A stretch of DNA of 64,000 nt, taken from NCBI GenBank assembly GCA_016748015.1, contig JAAOMT010000299.1, forward strand, positions 124,001 to 188,000. The letters run 5' to 3'. This DNA is from Geosiphon pyriformis uo1. Lineage: Eukaryota; Fungi; Glomeromycota. Positions 23,383 to 37,078 of this stretch are shown here, piece after piece. The notes under the pieces were generated by a model. The model had not been told where the DNA came from. It saw only the letters and a list, made by a program, of their open reading frames with translations, and searched no databases. How positions within the stretch are numbered: position 1 is the first letter of the stretch; each line of letters begins with the position of its first letter. The translations under genes were made by a program, and so were the position numbers.

Positions 23383-24273
23383 TGTTATTCATAAAATATA
23401 GGAAGTATATTAGCATATAAATTAGCCAATCAAAAGTAGCCATAGTAAATGTGAAATTCCAGGATTTTTCTCAGAAAAATTGCAGAATTCCAAGAATTTT
23501 AGGATTCTCTTAAAGGAATCGCAGAATTCCAGAATTTCAGAATTCCTCTTAAAAAAAGTGCAGAATTCCAGGAATTGCAGAATTTCAGAAATTGCAAGAT
23601 TCCAGAAATTCCAGGATTTCTGGTGTAAAGAATTAAAGAATTGAGAAATCTCAATTATATATATATAATGGTAGTGTTAAAAGTAGAAAAAACAGACTTC
23701 TTAGTTTAGATTTGATCTAAACAACCTTTTACATTATAAATAACAAATAAATAATTATTTTCTATCTTAATCCACTTTCACTATCAACACTTTATATTGA
23801 TAGGAATTGATACTTAACCACACTGGAACAATAGCTTTTGATCATGGCTATTGACAGGATACTAACATCTATTGTCTTGGCTTATTTCTTATTTTTTTAT
23901 TTTCTTTTATTTTTTTTGTTATTTCTTTTGTTTTACTAAATTGATTGAGAAATAAGTACTGAGTTATTGATGTCAAGAATAGCCTGGTAAAAGACCCCAA
24001 AAAAAGAGTATAAAAATTCAGAACTTAAGGATAGCTTACCAAAAGGGCTCTCTGTCAAATTACTGACCACCATGCTGAAAAAAAAATTTGATGGAATTGT
24101 GATTCCAAGAAACTACTGAGAAGACAAGAATTGAATCTCTGTTCATTATACAAAGGACTTAACCAAAACCTTTAGATCACCCAAACCTTCAGAAACCAAC
24201 ACCAAAACATCAATTAAGCACCAGATTATAAGTTTGTTATTTGATTTAAGGCCCCAAATAATCACTTGTAACA
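23383..24273 (+). repeat. 3' LTR of B
   Basis: Follows PPT AAAAAAGAGGGAATAA; homologous to 3374-4271. Confidence 0.9.
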
Positions 24274-25907
24274 GTGGATTCTGGATCTCTTTGGTCTCTC
24301 AAATAATATACTATTTTTTTGTTGACATAACAGTTGAAAGCTGATTCTGTTAGCCAACTATTATTTGTTAATTCAAGATAGATGTTATAATGTTGAAATA
24401 AGGATTTTGCAAATTCCAAATGGTTTGTCCCTGTTTCTTCGGATTCTGCTACTGTTTCTGATGGATGTTGTGTTGGTGCTAGTTTTCTATAGGATTATAC
24501 CTTATAAGGAGCACTAAATATTACAGATAATTATTTGGGGTCTTAAAGCAAATAACAAACTCATAACTTGGTGCTCAATTGATGCTATGGTGGTGGATAT
24601 TTAATAAGATTATAGATCTGAAGGTTTTTATATTCAAAGATTTTATTGTGGAGTTCTTTATATAATGAACAGAGATTCAATAGTTGTTTCAGTAGTCTTC
24701 TAGAATTGCAATTCTATTGTTATGGATAAACTTGGTGGGGTATAATGGTAACATTTAGTGCTCTAATTTAGTATTTTAAGGTTGTATGTTTTTTATAGAG
24801 TTGATGTTTATCAGTTTTTGAAGGTCTTTTCTGAATGTAAATTTACTCATTGAGTTTTTTGGTTATAAGACACAGAGTTTTGGTTTTTACTGATTGCAAC
24901 TTCTTATAATGGTGAGTTTTTTTCTCCAAACACAGTTGTTAAGATTCGGTGTTGTCTTTTCACCCTTTTGGTAAGCTATCAAGATAACATTAATATTTAA
25001 AAACCTAGAGGGAGCTTCTTTCTTTTACCAGGCTATCACAAAGTCTATTTTCAGACAGTCAATTTTTCTATGTTGCCATTTCACAAGAGAAAAATAAAGA
25101 AAATAAAATAAAATAAAAGAAAATAAAATAAAATAAAAATAAAAAAAATAAAGAAAATAAAATAAAAAATAAGTGTCTTGTCAATAGCCATGATTAAGAG
25201 CTATTGTGCCAGCAAGTTAAATAGTAGATAATAACATGGATTTGAAGAATTGAAGAGATATTTTATTAATATAATTCCATTTTGGCTGATAGCAACTATC
25301 TTTGAAAGGAGAAGTATTTAATAATTATGGTCTGTGAGTCTAATTGACTTCTGAAAGTCTAATTTTTTCTCTGGATGTCTTTTAACTTCTACAGCTACTT
25401 ATTTTTATACATTTTTTTTGTTCTACAGGATTGCTTTTGATTGGTTTACTATTGCTAGCTATTGTTTTGTTATTGCTAGCTATTGCTTATTATTGTTAAC
25501 TATTGCTCATTATTGTTAGTTATTGTTCGCATTTGTCTTATGTTACCTCGAATTGTACCGTATTTTTTTGTCATGTTTTTTTGTCATGTTTCCCCATAGC
25601 TTTTTGGTTTTTCTACTTGGATAATATTATCTCTCTCTTTTAGAATTAAGCTCTTGTAAAAACTTTTAAATTTCTCTCTTGTCTTTATGTTGTTGCCATA
25701 ATTTTTATTGCTATTTTTAAATCTATTTTGGTGTGTGAATGGTGTTTTTAATCTATAGAGGTCTGTCCAAGATATCTAATTTCAAATTTTGTATTCATAT
25801 TATGTGCATGTTCAGCCATAATGCCCTTATTATTATCACTGAATTGAGTTAATTCCTACTCCATTATAAGATCTAAAAGTGTAATATATTGTTTGGTGTT
25901 TGAAGTA

Positions 25908-26010
25908 AAGTTTGAATTGTTGTTGTCATTGTCAATGGAGTTTGAATTATTGTTGTTATTATCAGTGGAGTTTGAATTATTGTCATTATCATCAATAGAG
26001 TTTGAATTGG
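25908..26010. repeat. 30-bp tandem repeat (about 3.5 units) in D; minus-strand Asn/Ser-rich linker
   Basis: GTTTGAATT at 25910, 25940, 25970 and 26000. Confidence 0.85.
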
Positions 26011-26329
26011 GATTAAGTTCTGATTCTGATTTTCGCTGATTGGGTCGTCTTTCTTGGAGTTCAAATATATGACATGTGGAAGTGGATTGTGACTCGGAAC
26101 CATCAAGTGAGTTTTAATGGTTTGTTGATTGATTTTGGTACTACTGATTCTCAAATTTCTTTTTCTTCTCTAAGTCTTTTTTGTATTAACACTTTTTCAG
26201 CACAGACTTTTGGCACAGAAGAAGGCAGTCTTTACACAGGTAAGTATAAATCTGGGTAGTTTTTTCTGGAATTCTTTCAATAGGTCTTTAAATAATCAAA
26301 GTTTTGAATTTCTAGAGGTTTGATGGGTT

Positions 26330-27062
26330 TTATCTGAGGTAAGTTTCCTTGTACAATAGTAGGGTTGAACTTATTGGGTTTTGAACTATCAGGTCTTAAA
26401 GAATTGGAGTTTTAATGAGTTTTATTAAAGATAAGTTTCTTTATATAATAGCAGAGTTGAAATTTATTGGGTTTTGAATAATTTTTGGAGTTTTTAATAA
26501 GTTTATCAAAGGTAAGTTCTTTATACAATAGTGGGGTTGAAATTATTGGGTTTCACATAATTTTTGGAGTTTTTAATTTAATGAGTTTATCGAAAGTAAG
26601 TTCTTTATATAATAGCAGAGTTGGAATCATTGGGTTTTGAATAATTTTCAGAGTTTTTAATTTTAACAAGTTTTTGAACGATTGGGTCTTGAATAATCAG
26701 AGTTTTAATTTAATGAGTTTTACAAGTTTATCAAAGATAAGTTTCAAATATTCAGGGTTTTAATGATCAGGTTTTGAATAATCAAAGTTTTTAATTTAAC
26801 AAGTTTTATGAGTTTATCAAAGATAAGTTTCAAATGTTCAGGGTTTTAATGATCAGATTTTGAATAATCAGAGTTTTAATTTAACAAGTTTTACAAGTTT
26901 ATTAAAGGTAAGTTTCGAATGTTCAGGGTTTTAATGATCAGGTTTTGAATAATCGGAGTTTTAATTTAATGAGTTTTACAAATTTATCAAAGGTAAGTTT
27001 TGAATGTTTGGGGTTTTAATGATTGGGTTTTGAATAATTGGAGTTTTAATTTAATGAGTTTT
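26330..27062. repeat. ~85-bp tandem array in the D internal region (two sub-types)
   Basis: TTGAATAAT anchors at ~26689, 26774, 26860, 26945 and 27030 (85-86 bp spacing). Related 79-93-bp units at 26370-26640. Confidence 0.9.
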
Positions 27063-29075
27063 TCAAAGAAAATGCTAAAATAAAGATTTCATAAATCCTA
27101 AGTGATTTTTCTCTTGTTTTCTCTTGGTCTTTTACTTTTGTGAATTTTTGGAGGCTCGATTTCTGTGAATTTATAATCTCACAAAGAGCACCAAATGTTA
27201 CAGGTAAACTTGGTAGGGTATGGTGGTAACATTTGGTGCTCTAATTTAGTATTCTAAGGTTGTATGTTTTTCACAGAGTTGATGTTTATCAGTCTCTAAA
27301 GGTCTTTTCTGAATGTTTTTTTACCTGTTGAGTTCTTTGGTTATAAGGCACAGAGTTTTGGTTTTTGTTGATTGCAACTTCTTATAATAGTGAGCTTTTT
27401 TTTCTGATCTAACAAGCACAGTCATTAGGGTTTGGCATTGTTTTTTTGCTCTTTTGGTAAGCTATTAAGATAATATTAATATCCAAAAACCTAGGAGAAG
27501 CTTCCCTCTTTTATCAGGCTATCACAAAGTCTATTCTTAGATAGTTGATTTTTCTATATTGTTACTTCACAAGAGAAAAATAAAAAAAATAAAATAAAAA
27601 TAAAAAAAAAATAAAATAAAAAAATAAGAAATAAGTGTCTTGTCAATAGCCATGATTAAGAGCTATTGTGCCAGCAAGTTAAGTAGTGGATAATAACATG
27701 AATTTGAAAAATTGAAGAGATATTTTATTAATATAATTCTATTTCGGTTGATAGCAACTATCCTTGAAAAGAGGAGTATTTAATAATTATGGCCTGTAAG
27801 TCTAATTAACTCCTGAAAGTCTAATTTTCTCTCTGGATGTCTTTTTAACTTCTACAGCTACTCGTTTTTTTATACATTTTTTTTGTTCTATAGGATTGCT
27901 TTCAATTGTTTCACTATTGCTAGCTATTGTTTTGTTATTGCTAACTATTGCTTGTTATTGCTAGCTATTGCTTATTATTGCTAACTATTGCTTATTATTA
28001 CTAGCTATTGCTTGTTATTGCTAGCTATTGCTTGTTATTGCTAGCTATTGCTTGCATTTGTCCTATGTTACCTCGAGTTGTACTGTATTTTTTTGTCATG
28101 TTTCTTTGTCATGTTTTCTCATAGTTTTTTGGTTTTTCTACTTGGGTAACACCATTGAATTTTTTTTCAGCATGGTAGCTGGTAATCTTTCTGGTAAGCT
28201 ATTCTCAAATCTATGAGTGTTTTACCCTTGTTTCACAGGTCTTTTACCAGTTTCTATAATGTCTGTACTTCAGCACTTTAATCTTTTAAACAATTAACAA
28301 ATAACAACAAAAGAGAAAAATAAAAGAAATAAGAAATAAGCCAAGGCAATTCAAGTTAATATTTTATTAATAGCCATGATCAAGAGTTATTGTTCCAGCA
28401 TGGTTAAGTATTTAATACTATTAATATGAAATGTTGATAGTGGAGAATGAATTTAGATAGCAAATAATTATTTATTAATATTTGTGAATTGAATAATTGC
28501 TTAGATCAAATCTAAACTGAAAGGTCTGTTTTTTCTTCTTTTAATGCTACCACTATATATACATAATTAATGTTTTACGAGATCACTTACATTTCCAAGC
28601 AATGTGCTATAATTTCTTAAGCAATGCACTATGATTTCTGACATTGTTTTACATTGTTGAACAATATGCTCACATGCTAACTACTACTTTTCTATTGGTT
28701 TACTCTTTTTTATATCTGTTGTTTTTTTTTTCTTTTTATAAGTAACAGCAAAAAAACAATACCAGATTTTAACAACTGCCTTTGTTAACTTGGAAAAAAA
28801 AGTTTACTTTTATAAGAAGTTGCAATTAGTGAGAACAAAAACTCTGTGTCTTATAACCAAAGAACTCAACAGGTAAATTTACAACCAGTAAAATAAGACT
28901 TTCAAAGACTGATAATCAAGACTAAGCCAACAGAATTATGCAAAAGATGTATTATCAATACTTAAGAGCACTAAATGTTACCATTTCTCTATCCTACTGA
29001 GTTTACCTATAACATTTGGTGTTTCCTGTGAGGTTATAAATTCACAGAAACAGAGCACTCCAGAAATTCACAAAA

Positions 29076-32000
29076 GTGGTGATTATTGGAACAGTAGAAA
29101 AGGACTACTTCTTATACAGAAGAGCATTATTTCAATACTTTTGAAAAGACCTAGAAATATTAGCAGAAACTGCTTACACAGAAAGTGATTTTTGTAACTA
29201 TATTAATGCAAAAATTGACTGCTTATTAGGCTGTACAACCAACACAGAAAAACTGGGAGAACAAATTCATCAAAACTTATTAGGGTACTTAACAGCCATA
29301 ACTACTTGAGCAATCACTAAAACTCTGCACATAATCAATATAGACATTAAATATTACATGGCAAAACAATTCTCTCAAATACAACAACCAGTGGAATCTG
29401 ACTCTGAGAAATATGAAGATAAATCTAACAACTCTACAACTGCTCAAGTCAAGTCTACAGTTAACAAAAAACCAAGATTCTTTTCTTCAACAACTTCATT
29501 ATATTGTCAGACATTCCAAAGTAGAATTGTATTCAATTCACCCCCAGAAACCCAGTCAGAAACATCATAAACTCCTGGAAATTCACACCTCTGGGATCAA
29601 CACAGTTGGACCAAATCATTAGGAGAATATGAATCACTGTTTGGAAATCTTACTCTGACAGCCAGTCAAACAAAAGGAAACCCATCAATCTGGAAAGAAC
29701 CACCAGCACAAATCCCAGCCAAATTAGCATCTCTTCTAATGAAAGAAACAGCTATCCTCCAGCCCATTGAGAAAATTAACAAAGAGAAACAACCAGAATT
29801 AGCACCAAGAGAACACTCTAGCATGCAAACACCAAGTCTTTTATCATCAACCAGTAAAACTTCATCTACTCACCAGATCATAGCTTACCGAAATATTGCC
29901 AAATTAAAAAAATTCTTTGGTAAAAAAAACAACACATATACATGAATTGTGAAAGCCAAGAAAGCCATTACTGCCAACAATTGGAATGATAATAGAGCCA
30001 TTCAAGCATTGTCATTCTTTTTGACCAAAACCATAGACTCATGATGTCAAAGTTTTGCAGAGAAACCAACTGACTTTGCTGTTTTTAAACTTGCTTTTTT
30101 GCAATACTTTTGTGATCTCAATACTTTCATCAGATTACAAAATTAGTTTAGTATCATAAAACAAAAAGATTACAAAGCAGTGACCACTTATCTTGAACAA
30201 TTTAACCAAATCCTTTGTCAAATCCAGATTATTGAAAAGAACTACTACACTGTAGTGCAAATTTTTAATCAATTCATCAAAAGATTAAAGAGCAGCCTTC
30301 TTCAATCTATAAGATCCCACCATCCAACAAACTTATAAGAGACAATTACTCTTGCTCATAACTTTAAGTCAGTAAAACAAGAGGCTATCCATACTCAAGC
30401 CGTTAATCTGGCTATTAATAGAACATCTGATATTGACACAAAAATAACTCAATTAAGTAAAAAATTAACTCAGAAAATTAAGGAATTTTTAGCCAGTATC
30501 ATAGGACCCTACCAGCCACTACAACAAAGGGATAATAATAACAACAGATACTAACAACAACAGAATTGTTAGCAATAACAACAACCTTGGAGATCTGATC
30601 TTCACAATTGTTACTATTGCCAAAAATTTGAACATATTTTCTGGAATTGCCATAAAAAAGTAATAAACCAAAATTAAGGAAATCAATATTAGCAACTGAG
30701 ATACTCTCAAAATATGGTATTTCAATACCCTGCATCTTAATATCAACTGCCTTAATATTCACAACAAATTCAGTATATCTAGCAATTGCATAAAACTACT
30801 ATCAGTTATTACAGCCAATGGCTCAAACAGCACTCCAGTACCAAAACTCTGTTAATAATCAACCTAGACATTGTGTAATTGATTACAACCAAAGATGGAA
30901 GAACTTCAGCAACAATCAGATATTAACTAACAGTATATCATCACAATTTCTAAATCATAATAATGTCCCATCTCGACCAGTACCAACCAGATATCCTAAT
31001 CAAGCCTCATATTTTGGTCTTACTAAAAATCAGGATTTTTATAGCTCTATACTTTTAGAAGAAAAGAATGTAGAAGAGACTTCCAACTCTTTGAAACAAA
31101 ATTAAACCAACAATATTATTCCACCTGTTACTATTACTAAAGACACTACTCTTGCTGCTATCTTCCTCTTTGATATTGACAATCTGAATACCAATAGCAT
31201 TTTTAGTGGAGCCACTATTAATTAAGATAAATCAATAACTGCCCTGTATACTGACACTAGAATTAGAAACATAGACATCAAATTAATTCTTAATAGTGGA
31301 TCAACAGTTAGTATAATCACGAAGCAACTCATGGATCAACTAGGTTGCCAAGTAGACCATGCAGTTACTGCCCAAATTATAACTGCAAACAGAAATACTA
31401 AAATCCCAATAGGAAAAATTGACAACTTCCTCTTCAAAATTGACAGAATTCAAATTCCCACTAAAGTACTTATTATAAAGACCACCCAATATCAAATCTT
31501 TGTAGGAAATAATTGGTTAGCCAAAGCTAATACTACTATCAACTAAAATATGCAGGAACTACAGATTATTTTTAATGGACAGCACACACAAATTTTGGTT
31601 ACATGTAGATACTTTAAAGCTCAAAGCCCAGAAAAACTGCTGATTGAATTTGAAGACTCAATACTACCACCAACAATAGAGGCCTACCAAGTTTTTTGGA
31701 CTGACAATTATTGAGCAGAGTTATCCTTACTACCAACTTGGAAAGAAAAAGAAAAAAAAAAGCAGAAAAAAAACTACAATCAGCATTTACAGGTTATTCT
31801 GCCCCAAGTCAAAGAAGTCAATAGTATCAAACCCCAAAATTAATTTGTGTTAACTGTGGAAAAAAGTTATATTCTATAGATGCATGTATCAGAAATGACA
31901 AGAAATGACCAACTACCACCAAACATTATTGCAAACTTTGTGTATTGGAAAAATTTGGCAGACCAAAACAACAAAGTAAATAGGACAATATACTATGTTT

Positions 32001-34869
32001 TGTCTATAATAAGATCCTGCCAGATGAAAAGCTGTGGAACAATATTCCTGGCAAAGAAAAAACATGTAATAAAGCATGTTAATATACAATTTTGATCAAT
32101 GATTGGGTATGAAAAGGAACCTCTATTGAGGATGCCTGGAGATAGCACTTAGTAGATTGAACAAATACCTGCACAATAAACATGAAATATGGAAAATGAC
32201 AAGTGCTAAAACCAAAAGTGCTATACTCAATAAAATATGATAAATTAAGAAAAATCCATTTGTCTCTAAATATGATGGATCCGACTATATTATGGATGAT
32301 TTCTTTATGGATGATTTGGATATATTTCAAGATTAATACCAGAAATTGGCTCTGTCCCAAAAAGAACAAAAACAACAACTGGCCAACTTAAACATAAAAC
32401 TATGTAATTACTGCTTGATCTTATGTCACTTTTAGTACTGTAACAATTGTGATTTCATGTTCAACTCTCCTTTAAGAATGCTATATCTGATTACTAAACT
32501 ACCAGAAATAGAAGAAGATTATGAATTGATTACTAAGGACATGTCATTTCAAGAGCCAATTGAGACTACCAAAATGATATAGTATTTCACCTATTCTGAC
32601 CTCTTCAAAAAATTGGAATTAAAATAGTACAGTAACAACAAGAAAAAAATCTGTTCAGAAAAAACACATAACACTAATGCTGGCTTTAATTTATAATACC
32701 CTGGACAATCACCCATAATTATAGCCCCATATTCTCTTGTAACAATAGATCTTAAGATAGCATTAGAAATTTCTATTAGTACAATAGTACAAGTTGTCTC
32801 TCAATCTAGTTTAGCCAAGAAAGAAATTGACATAAAGAAAAGAATTATTAATGCTGGTTATACAGGAAACATTATCATGATATTGCAAAACAATTTGAAT
32901 AAACCCTACAAAATAGAATCAAATAAAAAAATAGCCCAAGCTATCTTTTTGCCCTTAGTAAAAATACCACAATTAAACCCAGTAATAACCATGAAAAATT
33001 AGGCCTCATTGTCAGAGAAATCAATGGATTTAGATCAAGTAAAAGAGAAAACGTACCAGTTAATTTTATGGAGGAGAACAGTAACAAAGTAAAACTTATC
33101 TACACTAACACTGTCATTTCCATCTCTCCATATTAACAATACATTCTTAAAGTGAACAGAACAATTTAAAATCAAGCCTTGTTATTCAAAGCAGATTCCA
33201 AAATCTGTTTTTTAGCTGATGTTGCTAATTATACCTACCAGCCAAAGTCCATAAACACTTCAAAATCCCTATTCACAACTCCACAGAAGATGTAATTGAA
33301 ATCTCTGAAGGGACCCTCATTGGTTCCATCTCACCAGACATTTAACATCCCAAAAAACTCCAGCTTATTCAAAATTTCATACAGCTATTCTTATTTTGTA
33401 ATATTACTTCACAAATATGGAATTTGCCAAAAGAAAGTTATCTGTTCATGCCAGAAAAAATTAACAAACTATACTTGTAAAACCTGAATACTCTCTAGCA
33501 AATTCAACTTAAGATTCTCTTAAATTAATATGCTGATGTTTTTGCCAGCAAAAATGAGTTCAGACACATTGACATTGTGAAGCATTAGATTGATATGAGA
33601 GATGTGTGATTTATTAAACAGCAGACTTACTGAGTACTCCCATCTGGTAACAATCTTATTAAACAAGAAATCCAATGAATGTTTAACAATAGCTTAATCA
33701 AAGAATTGTTAAGCCCTTGGTCCTCCTCAGTAGTTCTGGTCACCAAGAAAAATAAAAAGATATGATTCTGTGTGGATTACTGAAAATTAAATAGCATTAC
33801 TTATGGAGATAGTTACCCCACTTCGCTCATCCAAAAAATTCTAGACAATCTAGAAAAAAAAAAATGGTTCTCGTCATTAGACCTAGCCAGTAGATATTGG
33901 CAGGTCAAAATAGATCCCAAAGATAAAGAAAAAATGGTATTTACTACTTGAGACAGAAATTTTGAGTTCAATATAATGTCTTTCAGACTCTGCAATGCTC
34001 CTGTTATGTTTCAATGTTTTATGGATGTTATGTACAAAAGAATTTTTTGAAAATCAGTCATAGTTTACTTAAATAATACAAGTGTGTTTTCCGAAATATT
34101 TGATAATCATCTACTGTACCTTCAACAAATCTTCAAATGCCTTTGAAATACCAGATTAAAACTCAATCCCAAAAAATGTTTCTTTGGGAAAACTGAGTTG
34201 AAATTTCTAGGACACATAATTAGTAAAAATGGAGTCAAACCCAATTCAGACAAGATCCAAAAAGTTTAAAATTTTTTAGTCCCAATCAATTTTTAAGAGT
34301 TATAAAGATTTTTAGAATTGGCAAAATATTACTGCCAATTTGTCAAAGGGTTTTCAACTATCACAAAACTTCTTCACCACTTGTTGTTCAAATATATGCT
34401 GTACCTATGAAAAAAAGACTAACAAAAAGCATTCAATTATCTCAAGCAGTGATTGATCACATCCCTAATCCTAATTTATCCAGATTTTACTAAATAGTTT
34501 ATTGTTGCTACAAATGCCTCAAAAAATGCTCTAGAAACAGTCTTATTACAGATAGGACCAGACAATAGAGAACATTCAATTGCCTATGCTAGTTGTAGCA
34601 CTAGCCCAGTAGAAAAAAATTACAACACAACAGATTTAAAATGTCTTGCCATTTATTGGGCCATACAGACATAGAGACATTATCTCAGCTTATTTTTTAA
34701 TCTATATACTAATAATAAAAAACTTGTTTGGTTACTCAACAATTCACAACTAGAGAAAAAATATGCAAGATGGAGTACTTATCTGCAACAATTCCCACTC
34801 AAAGTTTATTACAAGGAAGAATCCAAAAACACCAATGTCAACAGTTTGTTGAAGATACCACAAACTTAA
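29076..34869 (+). pseudogene. gag-pol: E Gag-PR-Cys-rich-dUTPase-RT-RNaseH (heavily decayed)
   Basis: IAYRNIAKL capsid start, CYYCQKFEHI knuckle (~30610), LILNSGS (~31280), dUTPase SSLAKK..IINAGY..KIAQ (~32650-33050), RT PWSSSVVLV / FCVDY, RNase H stop TAA 34867-34869. Confidence 0.85.
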
Positions 34870-34879
34870 TCCCAGACTC

Positions 34880-36246
34880 ATGAACACAATTAATTACCAC
34901 TGACTATATCAGTACCTATCAACACTATGTTTCAAGGAGATATTATCTTAACAGAAACAAAATACTATACAAAAACAAACCTGAAATTATTTTATTCAAG
35001 ACAATTAACTATATTGGCAAGAATGCCAAAACCACTTCATCTCACAATGAGTTATCAAAAACAATGAAAAGAAAATTATATTACACAGTATGTATTCTGA
35101 TCCAACCACAGAACACTTTAACAAAGATGCTACTCTCAAAAAATCCTAAATTTATACTATTGACCAACAATGTACAAAGACATTTTTGAATATGTGCTCA
35201 ATTGTGACTTATGCCAGTGAAGATAAGGAGCCAAAACAATAGAACTACTTTGATTCATTTCAGTTGGAAATTTATTTAATAAAATTGAGATCAATTTAGT
35301 TGGTTCTTTCTCCATAAAATCTAAAAAAAATTGTTATATTGCTGTGACCATAGACTATTTGACAAAATGGCCAAAAGCCAAAGATATCTAAGTAGCAGAT
35401 GCAAAAACAGTAGTTGAGTTCATACACCAAAAGCTAATTTGCAGACATGGATGTTTAAAAGAACTGCTATCCAATCAAGGAACATATTTCATAAATAATA
35501 TATTAATTAAATTAAGTTAACAGTTTAGAATAAAACAGCCTTTATTGTTACCATATTATCCACAAACAAACAAATTGGTAGAACAATTTAACCAAATGCT
35601 GTGTGGAGCACTACCAAAAATAAGTCATAAAAATAAACAAGAATAGAACTTATTTATATCTTCTGTACTTTTTGCATATCAAATATTAAAACAAAATATG
35701 ATTCAGTTCACACTATTTAAATTAGTCTATAAAAGAAAAGCCACTCTACTTATTGAAAAAAAAATACAGTCATACCTAACAAAAACTATCACTGAAGAAA
35801 ATTTTGAAGTGACTTTATACCATAAGACATATTAGCTTATGGAAATATTAGAAAATAATTATAAAACAGCAGCTAACAATATTAGTAATGCTTAAGAATA
35901 ACAAAAAAAAAGACATAATAAATGCCTATCTGAACAATCAATAGAATTCAAGATTGGAGACCAAATACTATTACATTGTACAAAAGCTGAAAAACAATAG
36001 AATGGAAAGTTCAACCCAAAGTGGAATGGTCTTTTCCATGTACACAAAGTTTTAGGCAATAAAACTTACAAATTATGATTGGAAAAAAGAATTCTAAAGA
36101 AAGTAGTGCATTGAAATCAGTTAAAAATTTATTATGCAAAACAAAAATTATCATTATCAATATCTCAACTAAGAACACAAATTTCATTAATCAGACCAGA
36201 AGATATATCATGAGATCTGGAACCAATCATTGTTATCATACTATAG
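34880..36246 (+). pseudogene. int: E integrase (separate ORF)
   Basis: ATG at 34880, CDLCQ, DYLTKWP, WNGLF (GPF), LEPIIVI tail. Confidence 0.82.
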
Positions 36247-36310
36247 ACAATGTGCAGCAAATTAAATTAGGGAATTCAAATATATATAGCATTCAAAAAA
36301 CAACAAGAAA

Positions 36311-37064
36311 ATGATAAAACTTTCAACATAAACCTGTCAAATCAAATTCTACAACTCTTGAAACAACAATTTGATGCAATTCAACAATTTTTTGCTCAAA
36401 TAGAAGTGACAATTGATAAAAAAAAATATGCTATAAAGATAAGAGCAAGAAAGAGATGGATGTGAGTTCAACTAAACCTAACTGTTCTTATTCCTACACT
36501 CCATCCAAGAAAGAAATTTTACAAAAAAGAATTAAATTGTCTTGGACAGGACTTGAAAAAAGAGTGGAAGAATGAAAAAAAGTTTATAAAAAAAAATACT
36601 TGGTCTTCAAGCTTGAAAAAATTAAAGAAGCTTTAGCTTATGGAACCAAACTCCCCAAAACAAAGGAGTGAACACCAGACAATATCCAGAAAGGAAAAGA
36701 AAGATTTTCTCTAGCATATTGGTTTTACAAAATTGGTAAACAACTAGATTTAAAGACACTATATGGAGACCTTAGTCAGAAAACTTTTAACAAAAAAGCA
36801 ATACAACAAGTAGAAAAATTTATAGGAAAAAGCAACTTGACTTTATATTACAAAGCAGCATATTAACTATATGCCACTTTTTAACATTGTCCAAATATAC
36901 TGTTGTATGAATCTATAAAGACTATAACAGTTAACAACATAGGACAAATAACCAATCAACAATTCAAAGATCTATGAAGAATAATACTCAACATAACCAT
37001 TAAATATTACATGAACAAAGCCAAGATAACAAATACATACAATTTTACAGAAGCTCAATTTTAA
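36311..37064 (+). pseudogene. E ORF3
   Basis: AYWFYKIGKQL...KAAY*LYATF*HCPNILL...IGQITNQQFKDL. Confidence 0.7.
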
Positions 37065-37078
37065 AAAAAGAGGAATAA

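Larger units (their letters stand above)
3374..24273 (+). mobile_element. Element B: full-length family-1 LTR retrotransposon inserted in A gag; carries C1 and C2
   Basis: Paired LTRs 3374-4271 and 23383-24273, PBS after 4271, PPT before 23383. Flanks ACAG/GTGG fit a decayed 4-bp TSD (GCGG) when compared with the uninterrupted homologous gag at ~50875-50895. Confidence 0.9.
24718..28151 (-). mobile_element. D: non-autonomous family-2-like LTR element (two LTRs, ~1.57-kb internal region)
   Basis: LTRs 24718-25626 and 27196-28151, TSD CTAT/CCAT, PBS 27178-27195, PPT ~25627-25642; no RT or integrase sequence. Confidence 0.88.
1..28747 (-). mobile_element. Element A: family-1 Ty3/gypsy LTR retrotransposon. 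Its 3' part runs off the left edge. It is inserted in the 5' LTR of E and interrupted by B (3374-24273) and D (24718-28151).
   Basis: Minus-strand gag/PR remnants at 1-3373 resume seamlessly at 24274. PBS at ~24500-24518. LTR 24519-28747 ends in TAACA, and family-2 LTR sequence resumes at 28748. Confidence 0.85.
24519..28747 (-). repeat. 5' LTR of A (family 1, alternative U3), split by D
   Basis: U5 end at 24519 next to the PBS. Segments 24519-24717 and 28152-28747 join to give a family-1 R/U5. Confidence 0.85.

Noticed and set aside
26330-27062. Tandem array as a CRISPR-like repeat-spacer locus
   Set aside because: Whole units are repeated with no unique spacers, there are no cas genes, and the context is a eukaryotic LTR element
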